In this document: positions 49,301 through 63,275 of the stretch, one piece after another
How positions within the stretch are numbered: the stretch's first letter is position 1
Layout of the letters: each line of letters starts with the position of its first letter
Assembly (NCBI GenBank): GCA_030141605.1
Contig: JAQGDQ010000268.1
Coordinates: 205,305 to 269,304 of the forward strand
Source of the DNA: Tubiluchus corallicola
Lineage: Eukaryota > Animalia > Priapulida
DNA: 64,000 bases
Reading direction: 5' to 3'
Position numbers and translations under genes: made by a program
Notes under the pieces: generated by a model
Seen by the model: only the letters and a program-made list of their open reading frames with translations
Databases searched by the model: none
Told to the model about the DNA's origin: nothing

Positions 49301-51059
49301 ACATGTGGAATGCTGTATGCATTACCTGAGGAACAAATTCAGGGGCTTTTACCAGACATAAGAAACGAAATGCGTAGTGTTCAGATATGGCTGCTTCGCA
49401 GATCATGCGCATTGAAGATGATGTCATCATTGCCGAAGAAACTTGCTTTGCAACAACAACAAAAAATAAATTGCAGATTCCGCTGCGACAAAAGAAGACG
49501 GAAAAGTCTCGAATGAGTGGAACGTTCCGGCGACCAGCGATGTTTCAGAATGACATGGGAGCAGTTTGCCCAGCAACTCACTGATAAAATTTCAAGTAGT
49601 ATATAAGATTACATTTTAAAGGCAACGTTTAACCATTTGTTTGAGGTAATAATTATCCAAATGATGAAATAATTTGATGATTATGAATTAATCATTACTA
49701 ACGATGAAACAAACCTACAATATATTATAACCAATCTTTCAAGCCAAGCTTGACAGAAAAAGATAAAATAACATGAAAACTCCTGGATTTGAACCATGAG
49801 CTTTTGGAGTACAATTTCAGCATTACACAATAGTCCTTAAAGCAATCTCAATGTAATTACTTAATTGTCTGTTAAAGGTAGGGATAAGTTATCAATTACT
49901 GGTGGGTTTTAAGGTCATTACTAGCATAACTATCAGACTGGTAGAGAAAAACGGAGGAAATTGAATCTAGGATCTTTCGATATCCAGCAAAAGTGGTCGG
50001 ACATCACAATATCTTGGATTCATTTTGTTGCTAACAAGTGTCACGTGATCTTTTTTCCCTTGCAGAAAGGTCGTTAACAGATTTTTCCACAAACACAATA
50101 ATGCATAACACAGGCCTGACAAACGGGTACAGAGAAAAAAATATAAACTGAATTTTATCAATAATGCAATAACGAATATGCATAATGCATTCTGGATATC
50201 TAGAAAAAGCCGCTTTAAACTGGACACTGTAAGAAACAGCTTAGAAATTACCTATAACTTTGAGTGCACTTTTGCACTAGTATTATATTATATTATAGTA
50301 TTACATTAGTATTATATTGAATTGTTAATTTTTGCTTAGTAAACCGTAATTCATAAATATAAGCTACAAACTTATGAAACAACTGATATTGATAAAACAA
50401 GTATTATCGATTTTTCAGTCTCATATCTCTGAGACACATATTCACAAAAAAGAAACCATACTTTCATTCTGTTAAAATATGGCTACATTTATGAAGAATT
50501 TGCTTAATATCACATTTTGCTGAACTTTATTACCGTCATTAAGTGAAACGTATTCAATGACACAAGACATGCTTCTGGGTACAGCATTATGGTACTAAAG
50601 TCCATAATGCAACAGTTCTGAATTACAGATTTTAAAGGAAGAGCCAATTTTTCAAGGAAAGTCGCGATTATACCACCCAGGGCGCACTCACTTTGAATGA
50701 AGTATGATGTCACATGGCCAACAGAAGGAAAGCAGCACAATAATTAATACAATAAAAGTAAAATAAATATAAAAATAGATAAGTAGGTTTGCGATATTTC
50801 ATAATAAACATTGGGAAAAAAAACGTAGCCACAGCTTCAACTTCAATATTATGAGCCACACATATTGAAGACTAACTCCTGACTTTCCCTTTAAACTTCA
50901 GTTCTCATGCACTATTATTATTCTGCATAACCTACTAACAGTCGCACAAGTCATAGGCATCGAAAAAAGTTAATGAAAAACTACCAGAAAATGAGGCAGC
51001 TGACAAAAAGGCATAACAGGATGCATCTCCAGCATTTTGTGCTGTTTTCCACATAACAA

Positions 51060-54000
51060 TTACGTACAATTGACATAAAAATAGTTAATGAAAATAAAAA
51101 TGGTTAACATTAAATTTATCAGGCCGGCACTTGCTCCACCATCATCTCCATTATCTCCCTCATTCGGTGGAACCACTCGAAGCTCCATTGGCTCGGACAC
51201 TGTGTAGAATGCTACAGCTTCATCATCTGCAATATAGCACAAGAAGCTTCGATACCATACAGCAAATATTAGTTTGTGAAAAGGGAAAGGGGTAAAAATT
51301 CAAACAAATGTTAGCAAGAGCAGTATGCACACAGCTACTCGTCATCAGTAAAAGCTAAATATTTAACTAGAAACTTTAGTTTAGAACTTTATTAGTTTAG
51401 AAACTAGGGCCATAGCATAGGTCCATAATTTTGTTACACAAAGCACACAAAAATAACATAAGATTTTACTTCTGAGAAATGCTTATTGTACCAAATAAAT
51501 AACCAGAAAAATGTGGTAGGCCAATAGGCCTACTAGTTTTTCCAGAGTTACCCAAACCCATCCATGGTGTGTTGTAAATAGGGATGCACCGGATCCCGTT
51601 TTTCAGATCCAGAGCGGATCAGGATCTGAATATGCCAGATCCGGTTCCGGCTCTACACATGAATATAATCTATATTTCATTTGTTTAGCCTTATGTTCAT
51701 GTGGTGGTATCGCCTGTCCATTTTCAGGGTCACTGAGTAATTTAAGTAGAAACACTGATAGTTTTTTCTTACCGCTCTCATTTTTTTCACAATCTGTAGT
51801 TTTACACACAGAAAAATAGAAATACAAACAGTGCAAAAATTTAACAAACTGAATTATTGGTTGACACTAAAATTACTGGAACTGGTATATCCCTACTTGT
51901 AAACAACATGAAGCTTGTTAATTTGGCTATTTTTTTTTCAAAAATGCTAAAAATACCAGCGGATATCTTTGTTGTTCTCCTAGCATCACCAACAATGCAT
52001 TTATTACTTTGAGTGTTATATCACACTTGCTTGTTTGTTGTTAATTACATTCCAAATTTTTAATGAACAAATTAATTACGAGCACTACCACCTCGTTTGA
52101 AGTTAATTTTGGCAAAAACTGGAATCGAACTAGCATACCCGTATTGTAATAGTCGAATGCTCTGGTTGCCGTCTGTTTGGTTTTCTTCACGTCAAATGCC
52201 TGAAAACCATCAACTACAACACATGTGGTAGATTGTCCAATCTATGCAAAAAATGTTTACACAAATTGTTAACATACATCAGGAAAAAAGAGCAAAGAAT
52301 ATAAAACAACTACTCTGACTTCTTACAAATAATTTACTAAATGTTCAATTATTACTAAGGGAGTGTATCTAATGTTTTGTAATCAGAAATCAATTTGAAC
52401 TTAAAATTATGGATTAAATGCTTCAATTACTTTAGTTCTTTTCCTTAAATCATCATGCGATCAGTTCAATTTAGCTGCTTTCCCTGTGCATAATTTTTTA
52501 AAAAGTATTATACTTCTAAACACAGAACAAAATCAAGCAATCACAAGGTTTTTGCAAGTGACAGAGTTTGATTTCTGAGTGTATATTTCAGTGTAAGTTC
52601 ACTGTTCATTATAACACTTCCACTGCGTAAATTTTTATTAACAGTTATTGAAGTCAAAACCCCAATATGCGGTCCTATAGCAAAAATAACGATGGCCTTT
52701 GAATGCATATATTTATCATAGTAATATAGATACAGAACAGCCTCATGTTTTTCAGTGAAATGTAACGGAAGGTTAAAAGCTGTAAAATGAAGCCAAATGC
52801 TTCCACGGGAATGAAGGTAAATGACTTACAAAATGAATAAAATAAGGAATGACTAAATAATAAATATTAGCAATTAACTTTCATACCGAATTATAATACA
52901 TATTAACTACTGTATTGCCGTCCACAGTTTCTATACGCTGCAAGTCTTTTATGTTTTTGCTGTTTGTCTCCGCTATCCTATCCATTCCAGTATCCGCTAC
53001 GTATCCAGAAGGCATGTGAAGTTCAACTACGGTCATTCCGCTCGCGTCGCCATATTCTTTCTGATATCTGCAAAAAACAGAATAAAGAAATTAGCAAAAT
53101 TTGGTGTTTTTAATACAGTTTTAGCTGGAAATATATGTATAAAATTACTAAAGCAGTAGATAATGGATTACGTAATTTAACATGGCCAAAATTTATTCAA
53201 ATAATTTTAATAAGCTTTCATAATTTTAATAAGCTTAAAATCTTTCATAAAAACCAATCTCAATTACAAAAACTTTAGGAATCAGGGAACTTTAATTTAG
53301 GAAATCAAACTGGCTAAATAAATTTATTATCTGTACCTCATTTCTCACTACTGCCGCCTGCATATAATTTTAACATATTAAAAGAATGGCTGACTGGATA
53401 ACCTTTTGGTCGGCTCGCTATCCTCTCTCCTTTTCACTTATTACCAGCAATTAGGCTTCATTTACCTGTATACTATTCATCTATTGCTCCCTTATAGACT
53501 GGAAGTGGTTACTGTACATTTGTAAATTGGAGAAAAACATGAATTTCAATTTCGATAAATTTCAAACATCATTCATTTATACTGCTGCTCCTAACTTTAT
53601 AAGTTCTTATCTCACTTCAATAGCTGATGTTAGAGGCACAACTTTGATAATGAGTCAGGCACACTGCATTCCAACCAGCGGCGGGCTGATTCTAAAATTT
53701 CTACCAGGAAAACTTGTACCCATCAAAAGGATCCACTCAATCTCAAAATGTAGTCAAAGAAATCAAATAAAAGTAAAAGTTTTAAGCAAATAAAATATTA
53801 CATCTATTTAATATTGTTGTATTCATTTATGTTAAAGCATGCTTAACAAAAATACTAGAAAATTTTATTAATCTTATAATAAAAATGAAAATCTCACTTA
53901 TAGAACAACCAACCCGAGTAATTTACAAAGCATAATTTGAAATAGTTTTCAAACTATAATTTAAATTAGAATGTGTGCATTTTTTAATCCGTACACACAT

Positions 54001-57000
54001 CACTACAACAGTCAAAATTCGGTAACTTACAAAGCACAAATCTCCTAGACCGCAAACAATCTAGAAAACTGAGTCGATTTTTTCACAAAAAAAGGAATAA
54101 TATCATTCACAGAAATTTCAGAAAATAAATGTTTTTCGATGCTCATCAACATAAAACTTTCAAGTAACTCATTTGAGGGTGAAGAGTGTTATCGAGTTTT
54201 TACGATTTTCAACTTATTGAATGCACGTTCACAACTGACTTGTAAGAATGACTAGGTCAAAAGATATTAGTCAAAAAATACCCTCTCCCTGAACAGAAGT
54301 GCACAGCGCACAGTGAAGCAACCAGCTGAATAATTACGCTCAAAGACATGCAACACATTTCTATTTTTGATATATAAGGGTGCCTATGTTCAGAATTTGA
54401 GCAAAATCTGAGATGGTGATGTGGTGAAATTCGCATAATACATCAATGACAACAACAAAAAATAAAATAAAAGACGAGACCATTCCTCGACTTGCAATAT
54501 ACATAATATCATTGTAGATTATATATATTGTGGTTATGTCGAATAATTTGTAACGGGTAATGTGTATATTGCCCAGACGCCCCTGATGCCCAGACGCACA
54601 TACGCATGCACGCACACCTCGTACCCGGATACACATACGCATGTATGTTTTGTTTTCATGTAAAATGTGTGAACATTTTAGTAACATGCTATGTTATGTA
54701 TGTTGCTCTCACGTTTGTTCCTTTAAGTCATTCAACAAGCAAAAATTCTGTGACGTAACAATAGAGCATTGAACAGAAAACAAGGTGCATGAAAAAAATG
54801 TTGAAAGTTGATGTTACAACAACACCACGGCAAAACACACCTCTTTATAGGTTACTACATAACTGTGTTAGAAGAAAATATAATGGAAGTACAACGTATG
54901 AAAGTTGTAGCACCGCGTGAGCAATAATTTTCTGACCTATAGTTCTGGATTAAAGAATAATTCCAATATAGCTGTGCCAACAAAAAATCAATACTTACTT
55001 TGTACAGACCTCAACCTGAAGCGACTTGCCAACATTTTTAATGACTTTGGGTTGTATGAGAAATGCTGGCTTATGCAACTGCTGCTCTACGTTGTATGAC
55101 CACTTCACCTAAAATGTACAAAATGATAATGTGATTAACATCAATTCATTGTTTGATCTAGGTCACTTGAAATTAGTTACTTGTTTTTGATTCCAAGCTT
55201 ATTTTCTTTGATTTCATATATTTTCTTTGATGTTTTTTAACTGAAATTTTTAAAAATGTTTAAATGTATCTATTTCTCAGCAGTCATATTTTTCTAGAAA
55301 AGAATTAACGGTACACAAAATAAAAGCTCCTTGCGCATTTTGCGACAGTGTTTGAAGTGGTTTCGCAGACAGTTGTGATGCCAATTCGAAAAAAATCAAA
55401 TCACACATCCCCTGAAAATTATTTTGTAGGATATAAAACAAGAAATTTATTTTAAGTGGCTTTAAGATGCACAGTCAGTAGTGTTACACAAGCACATATT
55501 TACAAAGCTGAAACAGCCATGGCTATGTTACCTAATCGTTGCCAAGAGAATTCACTTGTTATCAGGGGGCGTACTAGGCTATAGCCTAGGGCGCCAAAGT
55601 TTCAGGGGTGTCATATTTTAGAAAAAATTCTTATTCTCCTGGGAAAATGTGTATACTTTCATATTCATGTAAAGGGCATATTTTATAACACACCACAGGC
55701 AGTTACTGAGAGCAGCTCCTACATAAGTAAAACATAATGAACAGGTGCCAGGTATTACACAACAAGTGTGCAGTCTGCTGTAATATAAATGCTATACAAA
55801 TACAAGTGATCAATAACAACTATGTAGAAATTATGTTAATAGTGTTTCTAATACACCACAGGTAATTACTTAATCTGCTCATTATATAAGCAACCATAAA
55901 TTCACAATACAGTGAGCGGGACAAAACTATCAGCCTATGTCGTCATGAAGCCTCGATATGTGGCTGCTTATTATTAGTGGTGCACAAGGCGATGCAATCA
56001 AGTGTCAGCGAACGTGCCAAGACATGTAGTCTCGTAACACCTAAGATATTTGTTGAAGCACTTCACAAACAACATTGTGGCAAAAAAGTAGTTTTGAGAA
56101 TTCAGAATTATTTGCAGTTTATAAACAACATACAATTTTAAAGTGTTGGACCAAGTAACACACTTGTAAGCACCGGGTGACATAGCTCAATAGTAAGCGA
56201 GCTTGCTTACCACCCAAGAGGTCGTGTGTTCAACTCTCGACCGAGTCATACCAAAGACTTAAAAATGATGCTCCTTGAGCATCGGAGTAACATGCGGGTA
56301 ATAATAATCGGTACCACCTTGGAAAAATGTATGGAGTTACTTAAAGGGGTAATCCTTGGACTATTTCCTAAAGGAAATTATAATTATTATTACTATAAGC
56401 AAACACATTCATCACATCCTTTCATCAAACTTACATCACAATTTATCACATGTTTGTGGCTAATAAAATTGCATTCATTCTCAATGCAAAAATAGCTAAA
56501 TAAATATAATTAATTTCTTACCTGTACAAGCCCGGTGCCCGAACCACTCGCATATATATCCACTGAATCAACAACAGGCAACTGTAAAAGTAATTGCAAA
56601 AAAAAAATACTAAAAAGCTGGAAAATCATGAAAATATGAGACCTGCAAAATCACAAAATTTCCAATATTAAGTGATCAATCAGAACTTAAGGTTAAGATT
56701 CAACAGCAATTTCTAAGTATTGATTACGGTAAAAAGTATTTGAACGTTCATTACCTATAGAACCATTCGTGCAATGAACAATTTGAATGTTCATTACCTA
56801 TAGAATCATTCATGCAATGAACAATTTGAATGTTCATTACCTATAGAATCATTCGTGCAATGAACATTACTTTGCAAATTTATTCGAATTATCGTGGCAA
56901 CAAAAGTGATATTCTGTTATTTAGAAGGAGGGGTGTGACAGTTTTCACTGCTATTGTATCAATCTCTGAAAATTACATTAAAAATTTTATAACCAACCTT

Positions 57001-60000
57001 GTTATAACAGTATTCACTTACAACGAACTACCTCTGCTGTCTTGTTCATACTGTTTAAACAAACACTGTAAGGATGATGTAGGCCCAGACCAGGGCGATA
57101 GTCAATATAAAGTAATGTGAAGCATCTCTAGGTATTATTATTATTATTACGCATTTATATTCCTATTATATTATTATCACAATACAAATGTGTTTATATT
57201 GAGTTTATTGTATCTTGCTTGGGTTAGTGGTCATTTTCCCCCCTAGAATTCGTGCTGTATACATGTCAATCTCGTTATTGTGTAATTACTTCAATACAAG
57301 AAAGGGTTTACCTTATTAGAAATTCAAGAAAATTAAATTAACATGCAGGTGAGTGAAAGGGCTAACTGACTCTTGCAGAAAACAATAGGAGATTCAATAT
57401 TTATTTGACTTGCTAAGGCGACCAATGCAATTTGCTAAGCTGAATGACTCAAAAGCTGAGACACTCAACATGCTAAGCTGAATGATTCAACTTGCTAAAC
57501 TGAACGACTCAAGTTGGAAAATTAAATGACTCCGTTTGTTAAGCTGAATTACTCAACTTAAGCTGAGAGACTCAAGATGCTAAACTGAGTTACTCCACTT
57601 GCTAAACTGGATAACTCAAGTTGAAAAGTTAATGACTCAGTTTGCTAAGCTGAGAGACTCAACTTGCAACGTTAAATCTTTCAACTTGCTAACCTGAGAA
57701 ACATCTTATTAAGCAGATAGACTCAACTTTCTAAGCAAAATGACTTCACTTTCAAAGCAGAATGACTCAAAATACCTCGACTGTTTGATAAACAAGTGAA
57801 TTAGAGACATCCACAAGGAAGTCGTGTGAAAAGTCTCCCGCTCCTATTGTAACTGTGATATCTTTCTCAGCTGATGAGAAAAAAATGGCAGCAAATTCCG
57901 ACAACGATTGCAAGCCAATTACAGTATCCTGAAAAAGTAATAAATTCATTTAACAAATACAGCTGCATCAAGAAAGTCCATTTTTCTTTGCTCATAAAGG
58001 CTTTTCGTTAATGGCTTTGCATTAGATGTCAGAATGTAAACAGCAATTAATTTTTTATTTGTGGAATCAAATACTTTGTATTTTGCTTGGTAGGCAATCT
58101 TGCGACATCATAAGATTATTCCTGTTCCCCTTGCTCAGTTGCGAGTGATGGAGTAGCTTAGTGCACATGTATGTACATTTAAGTTTTAAAATGTTTTATA
58201 TTAGTTAAGTGTGTATAAATTTTCAATTGGGGGAAATGATGTCAGTTACTTTATAGATTCACTTTGAAAAAACACAAGGCATTGAAAATTTGTAATTAAT
58301 CTACAAATCAAACATTGTTTGCTTCTGTACAAATGAGTGAGTGAAGTTTGAAGATTTTAAATGTCAATCTTTTAAATTTAAATCTATTGTATTTAAATTA
58401 GTTAACATTAATTTTACTGATAGAAATCGTATATGAATATTGATATTTTAAAAAGGTTCAAACTACTGTTAATAGTTGCTAAACTGAATGATACGTTACA
58501 CATTAAATCTATTCAAAGCCCGAAATAATCGTGCCATCAGACAGGGTTTTTACAATAATTATTTGTTAGCTTGCAGTTGATATAAATGACGATTGGAAAT
58601 GCTTAGGGTAAATAAAGCACAGAATAAATGTAACTTGAAGCGAACTATAATGAAAAATTTAAACTATAGGTGGTATACCTGTGTAGAGGCAAAACCGCCA
58701 AAGGAATTTTGCTGTTTCATCAACCACTTCATTATGGGAATCCCACCGCTCAAGTTATTCCTCCTGACCATGATGAGCAATGCGTAAGCGGTCATTTCAA
58801 TGTCCACTGAAGAGTGACGAGCATAAAAACTATGGTGGTCAGAAGTTTCGGCAACTTGTTTCTTTATCCAATGTTTCATGCCACCTACAGGACAAAAATA
58901 CAATTTCTTATTTCATTTTCAATGCATGCATAGCAACAGAATTTTGATTTACAAAACTTTTCCTTTTCTTTTTGCAAGAAACTATATAAAATTAAAGTGT
59001 GAACATATAATTGAAAGGAAATGAACAAAAAATTAATATACAAATGAACATACAAACTTGAAACTAAGTATGCTGACCAAGTAACAAAACAACTGTCCCA
59101 TCAATTACTCAACTAAAAATAAAATAAAATCAATAACAAAAGAAATAAGATATTCTCTCCTACTCAAACTCAGAATAGGTTTCAATTTTCCACCCGTTAC
59201 CAACCAAACTTTAGCCCATTAGCATTAATTCTCATTCAATAGCCACATAACATAGTTCTCTGTCAACAACAGTATCTATACCATTGTCTACAGCCAGCTT
59301 GTCTAGTAACTGCAAGGCTTTTTCTGCTTGGTTGCTTTCCGATAAGATCAGTGCATACGTCGTAATAGCCAGTGCATATGGTTTGCCCTCAATACTTTCT
59401 AACTGTGACTCTAGGTAACCTTGGGCTCGAGATAATGAAGATTCGATTGACTGCTTTGTTTCCTGAAGAAACAAAAAAAATATTAGAAACAGAAAAAGTA
59501 CCCAAACCTTGTCTAAATTGTTAAGTATTATAAACTTACGCCTTAATAAAAATTAATCATGAAACCAGCTTGATGTGCAAAGAATGAAAAAAAATCATTG
59601 CTTTATAATTTTAGTTCTTCGGTTAATTGTTACACAATTAATGAACCAATAAATGAAAAGTTGCAAATGTTATACATTACCTCATTTGAAATCTTTTTTG
59701 CATTTTCCAGTAATGCAATCATCGCATATGCAGTTAACGACACACCACTTGCAGCTCCACCCTGTGAGCAAAAGAGAAATCAGAAGCTGCACTTACTTTG
59801 AAGAAACTATAATTTAGTTACAGGCTGCAAAACAAAAGTAAACAGCAGGTGCACTGCAGGATAGCTTTACTTTAAAAAATCAAGAAGAAACACTTTTCCT
59901 GTAGTGGTTTTTATTTAAAAGCAGGGTGCGCTGTTCATGTGGAATACATAGATCGCAGAATGGTAATGAACCAGAGGCGGTCCACCTCAGAATGACCAAT

Positions 60001-63000
60001 GAGGCGCCTACTGTTCTTCGATTATTGGTGCCTGGTATTGTTGGGGGCTTTACTCACATGTGCACTTAAAGCCTATGCAAAACATACAGCCAAAGCGTGT
60101 GTTCATGATTAGTTTTGCTTTTTTCTTGCTATAAAAAACCTTGTGCAGCTAAAATTCGTTAATACTAGTGAAGAATGGTGAAGCGTTGTGTTTGGGGCAC
60201 GTGTAATGTGGTTGTTCACTATCCAGAAAGACTGGAACGAGGAGTTCGACTTATAAGCTTCCCGAACCCAAAAAAACTTTAGACAAGTGTCATGTTGGGT
60301 CAGAGCATGCGGGAGGCCACATTAACAGCTCAACACATTAAAAATGAATAAAAATTGTGCTGCCAGCTCAAAGAGAAGTTTTCTAATGTTTTATTATTAC
60401 ACTGTCCTATTATTTATTACTGCTGGCTACTTGTAGAATGTGTCCTGTTAAATCAGGACTTAACGCACTGCAACAAGATATTCTAGATCCTGTACAACAA
60501 AAAATAGGATTTTGTTATTTGAGCATGACTGTCTGAACGTAGTATAGTTATATAGTTCAGCTGGGCTAACTTACTTGGTTTTATTTAATTTATTCAGTTT
60601 TCGTTTTTATGTTAGAATTAGGTGCAAGACACTAAAATAATTTGTTTTGGTGTAAGTAAAAGTGTTATAAAAATTTTGCTTTACAACACATGTAAAGCAG
60701 AGTTAACACACATTATGTTTCATATTTGTTATTTTAGTACTTTCTTGTCACTTTTATTATAACTAATGCTTTTATTGTAACTATGTTAGAAACTGAGCAA
60801 TAAATCTTGATATAGTGCACATATCCTTGCATATAATAATTAAATCCTCTGTGTAAGGATTTACTAGACAAGTTCTTATAGTTTGGTTTGTAACACGATG
60901 AATTTTCCGGAATCGCTGATAAATCACTTAAAATTCACCCATTGTCCATGTTTTTCGCTCTTCTTTATATACTGTAGTGACTTGCAGTGAGTGAGTGTTT
61001 GTGAGAACGTGTGTTACGTGATCAAGGTGGATGGGGCTAAACGCCACTTGCTATTTATCTATTGTGGGGCTGGGGTGCAGCCCGTGTTATTATCAAACAT
61101 AATCTTCGAAAAATAACAAAATAAACCTACACAGATGTCGTAACCATGATTAGTTTCATATACATCCTCCTTTAGTGAAAGACAGTATGGAAAAAAAGTT
61201 TCACTAGGGGCCACCATCCACTTATTAACCAAGCCCAGTGTCGTTCAACTTACACAGCCGAATGCATACAGTAATTGCCCAGCTTTAAGCTTTATACAAA
61301 CAGTTAGCTCCTCGGGCAAATGAGCAAATAATGTTAAATTGAGGGGTAGTATCTTATTTTAGGTACTAATATTCTACAGACTAGTTTTTGGATTTTCCTC
61401 TAGTGAAGTAACTCTATAAAGCTGTCTTTTCCGCCGTGGCCTATAAAACGTACTACAAAACACTGCCATTTACTCTCTGTGAGGTCATCAATGCATACTT
61501 TTCACAAAAACTAATTTGGATTCTATGACGTTGTATATGTTAACATTAAGCTTATTATCATAGTTTTTGGAGCAAAAAGCAAAATGCAGAATGTTCGCAC
61601 ATTTGTTACCATCACAGCAGTAGCAGAAGGCAAAGACTATGCAGAATGTTTGTACGTTACTGATCTCAGTGCTGAATTTACTAGCATTTGTTACTTCATA
61701 AAGTTTCAACATTATGCAAAATGCTTTTGTTGTTGCCATTGTTTTATGGCATAGTGTGAGAGGGTGTTGCATTGTGTGGGTGGTGTGGTGTCATGCAGTG
61801 TGGGGTGGTTTTTTTAATATTGTGACATCACAATAGCGCGCTATTGCAGAAAAAATTTGAATAACTCATAGAAACTGCTGGAACTGCATGTTGCTTAAGT
61901 TTGCACATTTTACATTTGACAAATTAACACTATAAGACACCTGCATATCCTTGTGAATAACCCTGCCGGGTTCTGGAAAATGTCCGTCCTTCTGCTGTTG
62001 TTTCACCATCCAGAGAAGAGCTTTTTCAATCACGTTGAAATCAATAAAAATGTGCTTCTTGGCTTGACGGAAAGACTTCGCTACAAATGCCGTCAACCTG
62101 AATGAAAAGCATGCAGCCTAAACAAGTGAATGAATGGTTGACACATTCAATGATGGCTTTAAGCATGTGGTACAGGGACTGTTTGAGCCCTGTATGAGTA
62201 TAGCCATTCTTCCATTATATTTTTTATGAAATTTACAGGATGAATTTAATTTTGTGTCAAATGTTCATGTTTTTTATACAGTGTGGCAAATTGCAAACAG
62301 AAATCCAGCACACAGCAGCAGGGTTTAGCGCATGCTGATATTTAGACACCTGCATGTCCCTGTGAATAACCCCGCCCTAAACTGCAAAAGGTAAACAGTA
62401 TTGATCTCAGGTAATCACCAACAATTCACTGAATAGCGTTACTGTAGAACATTTTTTCTTTTTCTTTTGGTTAACTCCCTAGCTTAACCCGTGTTACATT
62501 ACATTAGACTAAACTACTTTTATTGTAGGATAAGAGTTATATGAAAAAACAAAGAAACATTTACTCAAACCAATAAAAGTTACCGTAACTCTAACGTACA
62601 ACAAAATACAGTACATACAGTGAAGAAATGTGAAATTTTGCATGGAAAAATGAAGCGGAACGACAAATTTTTGCAACAGTACAATTCACGTACCACATAC
62701 TGCCCGAGTCGTCGGAGTTTCCGAAAGCACTAAATGACCCATCCTTTCTTTGATAAGTCAACTCCCTTTGGTAACCTAAACAAACCGAGTAGCTGTTTTA
62801 AAATTCAGCTGCTGCACTGATTGGCATCTAACATAAGTTTGCTTCGTATTGAAAAGACTGCTTGTGTTGTTATAAGAACAACTAAGCCTAAGAAAGGCTA
62901 CAGGTTGGTCCAAAAAATCCAGACCTACAAAGTAGCTATAACTTGACCCAAGAAAAATCGAAAATAATTTATCAAGCTTGAAACGAAACATGCAAAACTA

Positions 63001-63275
63001 TTAACAACTAATCTGAAAGCGCAAGATTGAGTACCGAGTACTAAATTAAAAAATACAGCGATACACAAAATGTACGAACAACATTAGCGATATCTTACCG
63101 ATCTCCATAAAACGCGCAGCTTTATCCTTAACGTCTGATTTCAGTTGCTCAGTCTCTAGCAAGTAATTAGTAACAAATATGTTCGGAGCGAAATTCAGCA
63201 TGTTCTGTTCTCCGCATCCGAATGGCATTTTGAGCAGATTTCCAAGGTTTCCAATAGTTGGACCCATGACATCAC
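51060..63275 (-). CDS. CD109: Thioester-containing protein (CD109/iTEP, alpha-2-macroglobulin superfamily), 3' half; 5' exons lie beyond the window
   Basis: Exons (minus): 63275-63099 (MPFGCGEQNM), 62775-62694 (GYQRELTYQRKDGSFSAFG), 62097-61941 (WLTAFVAKSF...GRVIHKDMQ), 59761-59681, 59462-59282, 58884-58679 (IEMTAYALL...GGFASTQ), 57928-57776 (DTVIGLQSL), 56581-56522, 55108-54999, 53067-52887 (SGMTVVELHMPSGY), 52241-52139 (AFDYYN), 51226-51060 (hydrophobic tail). Phases are consistent. The family call is firm; exact orthology to CD109 is less so. Confidence 0.9.
51579..51655. mobile_element. One end of a hAT-like MITE
   Basis: TAGGGATGCACCGGATCC followed by GGATC/GATCC repeats. The same TAGGGATG TIR class occurs at 22597-23381 and about 36583. 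The other end was not found. Confidence 0.45.
56175..56397 (+). mobile_element. tRNA-derived SINE
   Basis: A box TAGCTCAATAG, B box GTTCAACTC, a non-tRNA body (GAGTCATACCAAAGACTTAAAAATG...) and a (TTA/ATT)n tail. The cloverleaf is not intact. Confidence 0.75.
56738..56866. repeat. 43-bp tandem repeat, 3 copies
   Basis: ATTTGAAYGTTCATTACCTATAGAAYCATTCRTGCAATGAACA repeated three times. Confidence 0.92.
57405..57770. repeat. Degenerate 21-22-bp minisatellite, about 15 copies
   Basis: Consensus close to TTGCTAAGCTGAATGACTCAAC; abuts the TEP splice donor at 57775. Confidence 0.85.

Noticed and set aside
51773-51793. 21-nt phase-1 microexon candidate (DCEKNES) in the TEP gene
   Set aside because: It would interrupt the conserved DYY...A..FY segment and lies next to a MITE end.
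56175-56250. tRNA gene
   Set aside because: A and B boxes are present, but there is no acceptor stem or cloverleaf and it continues into a SINE body and tail.
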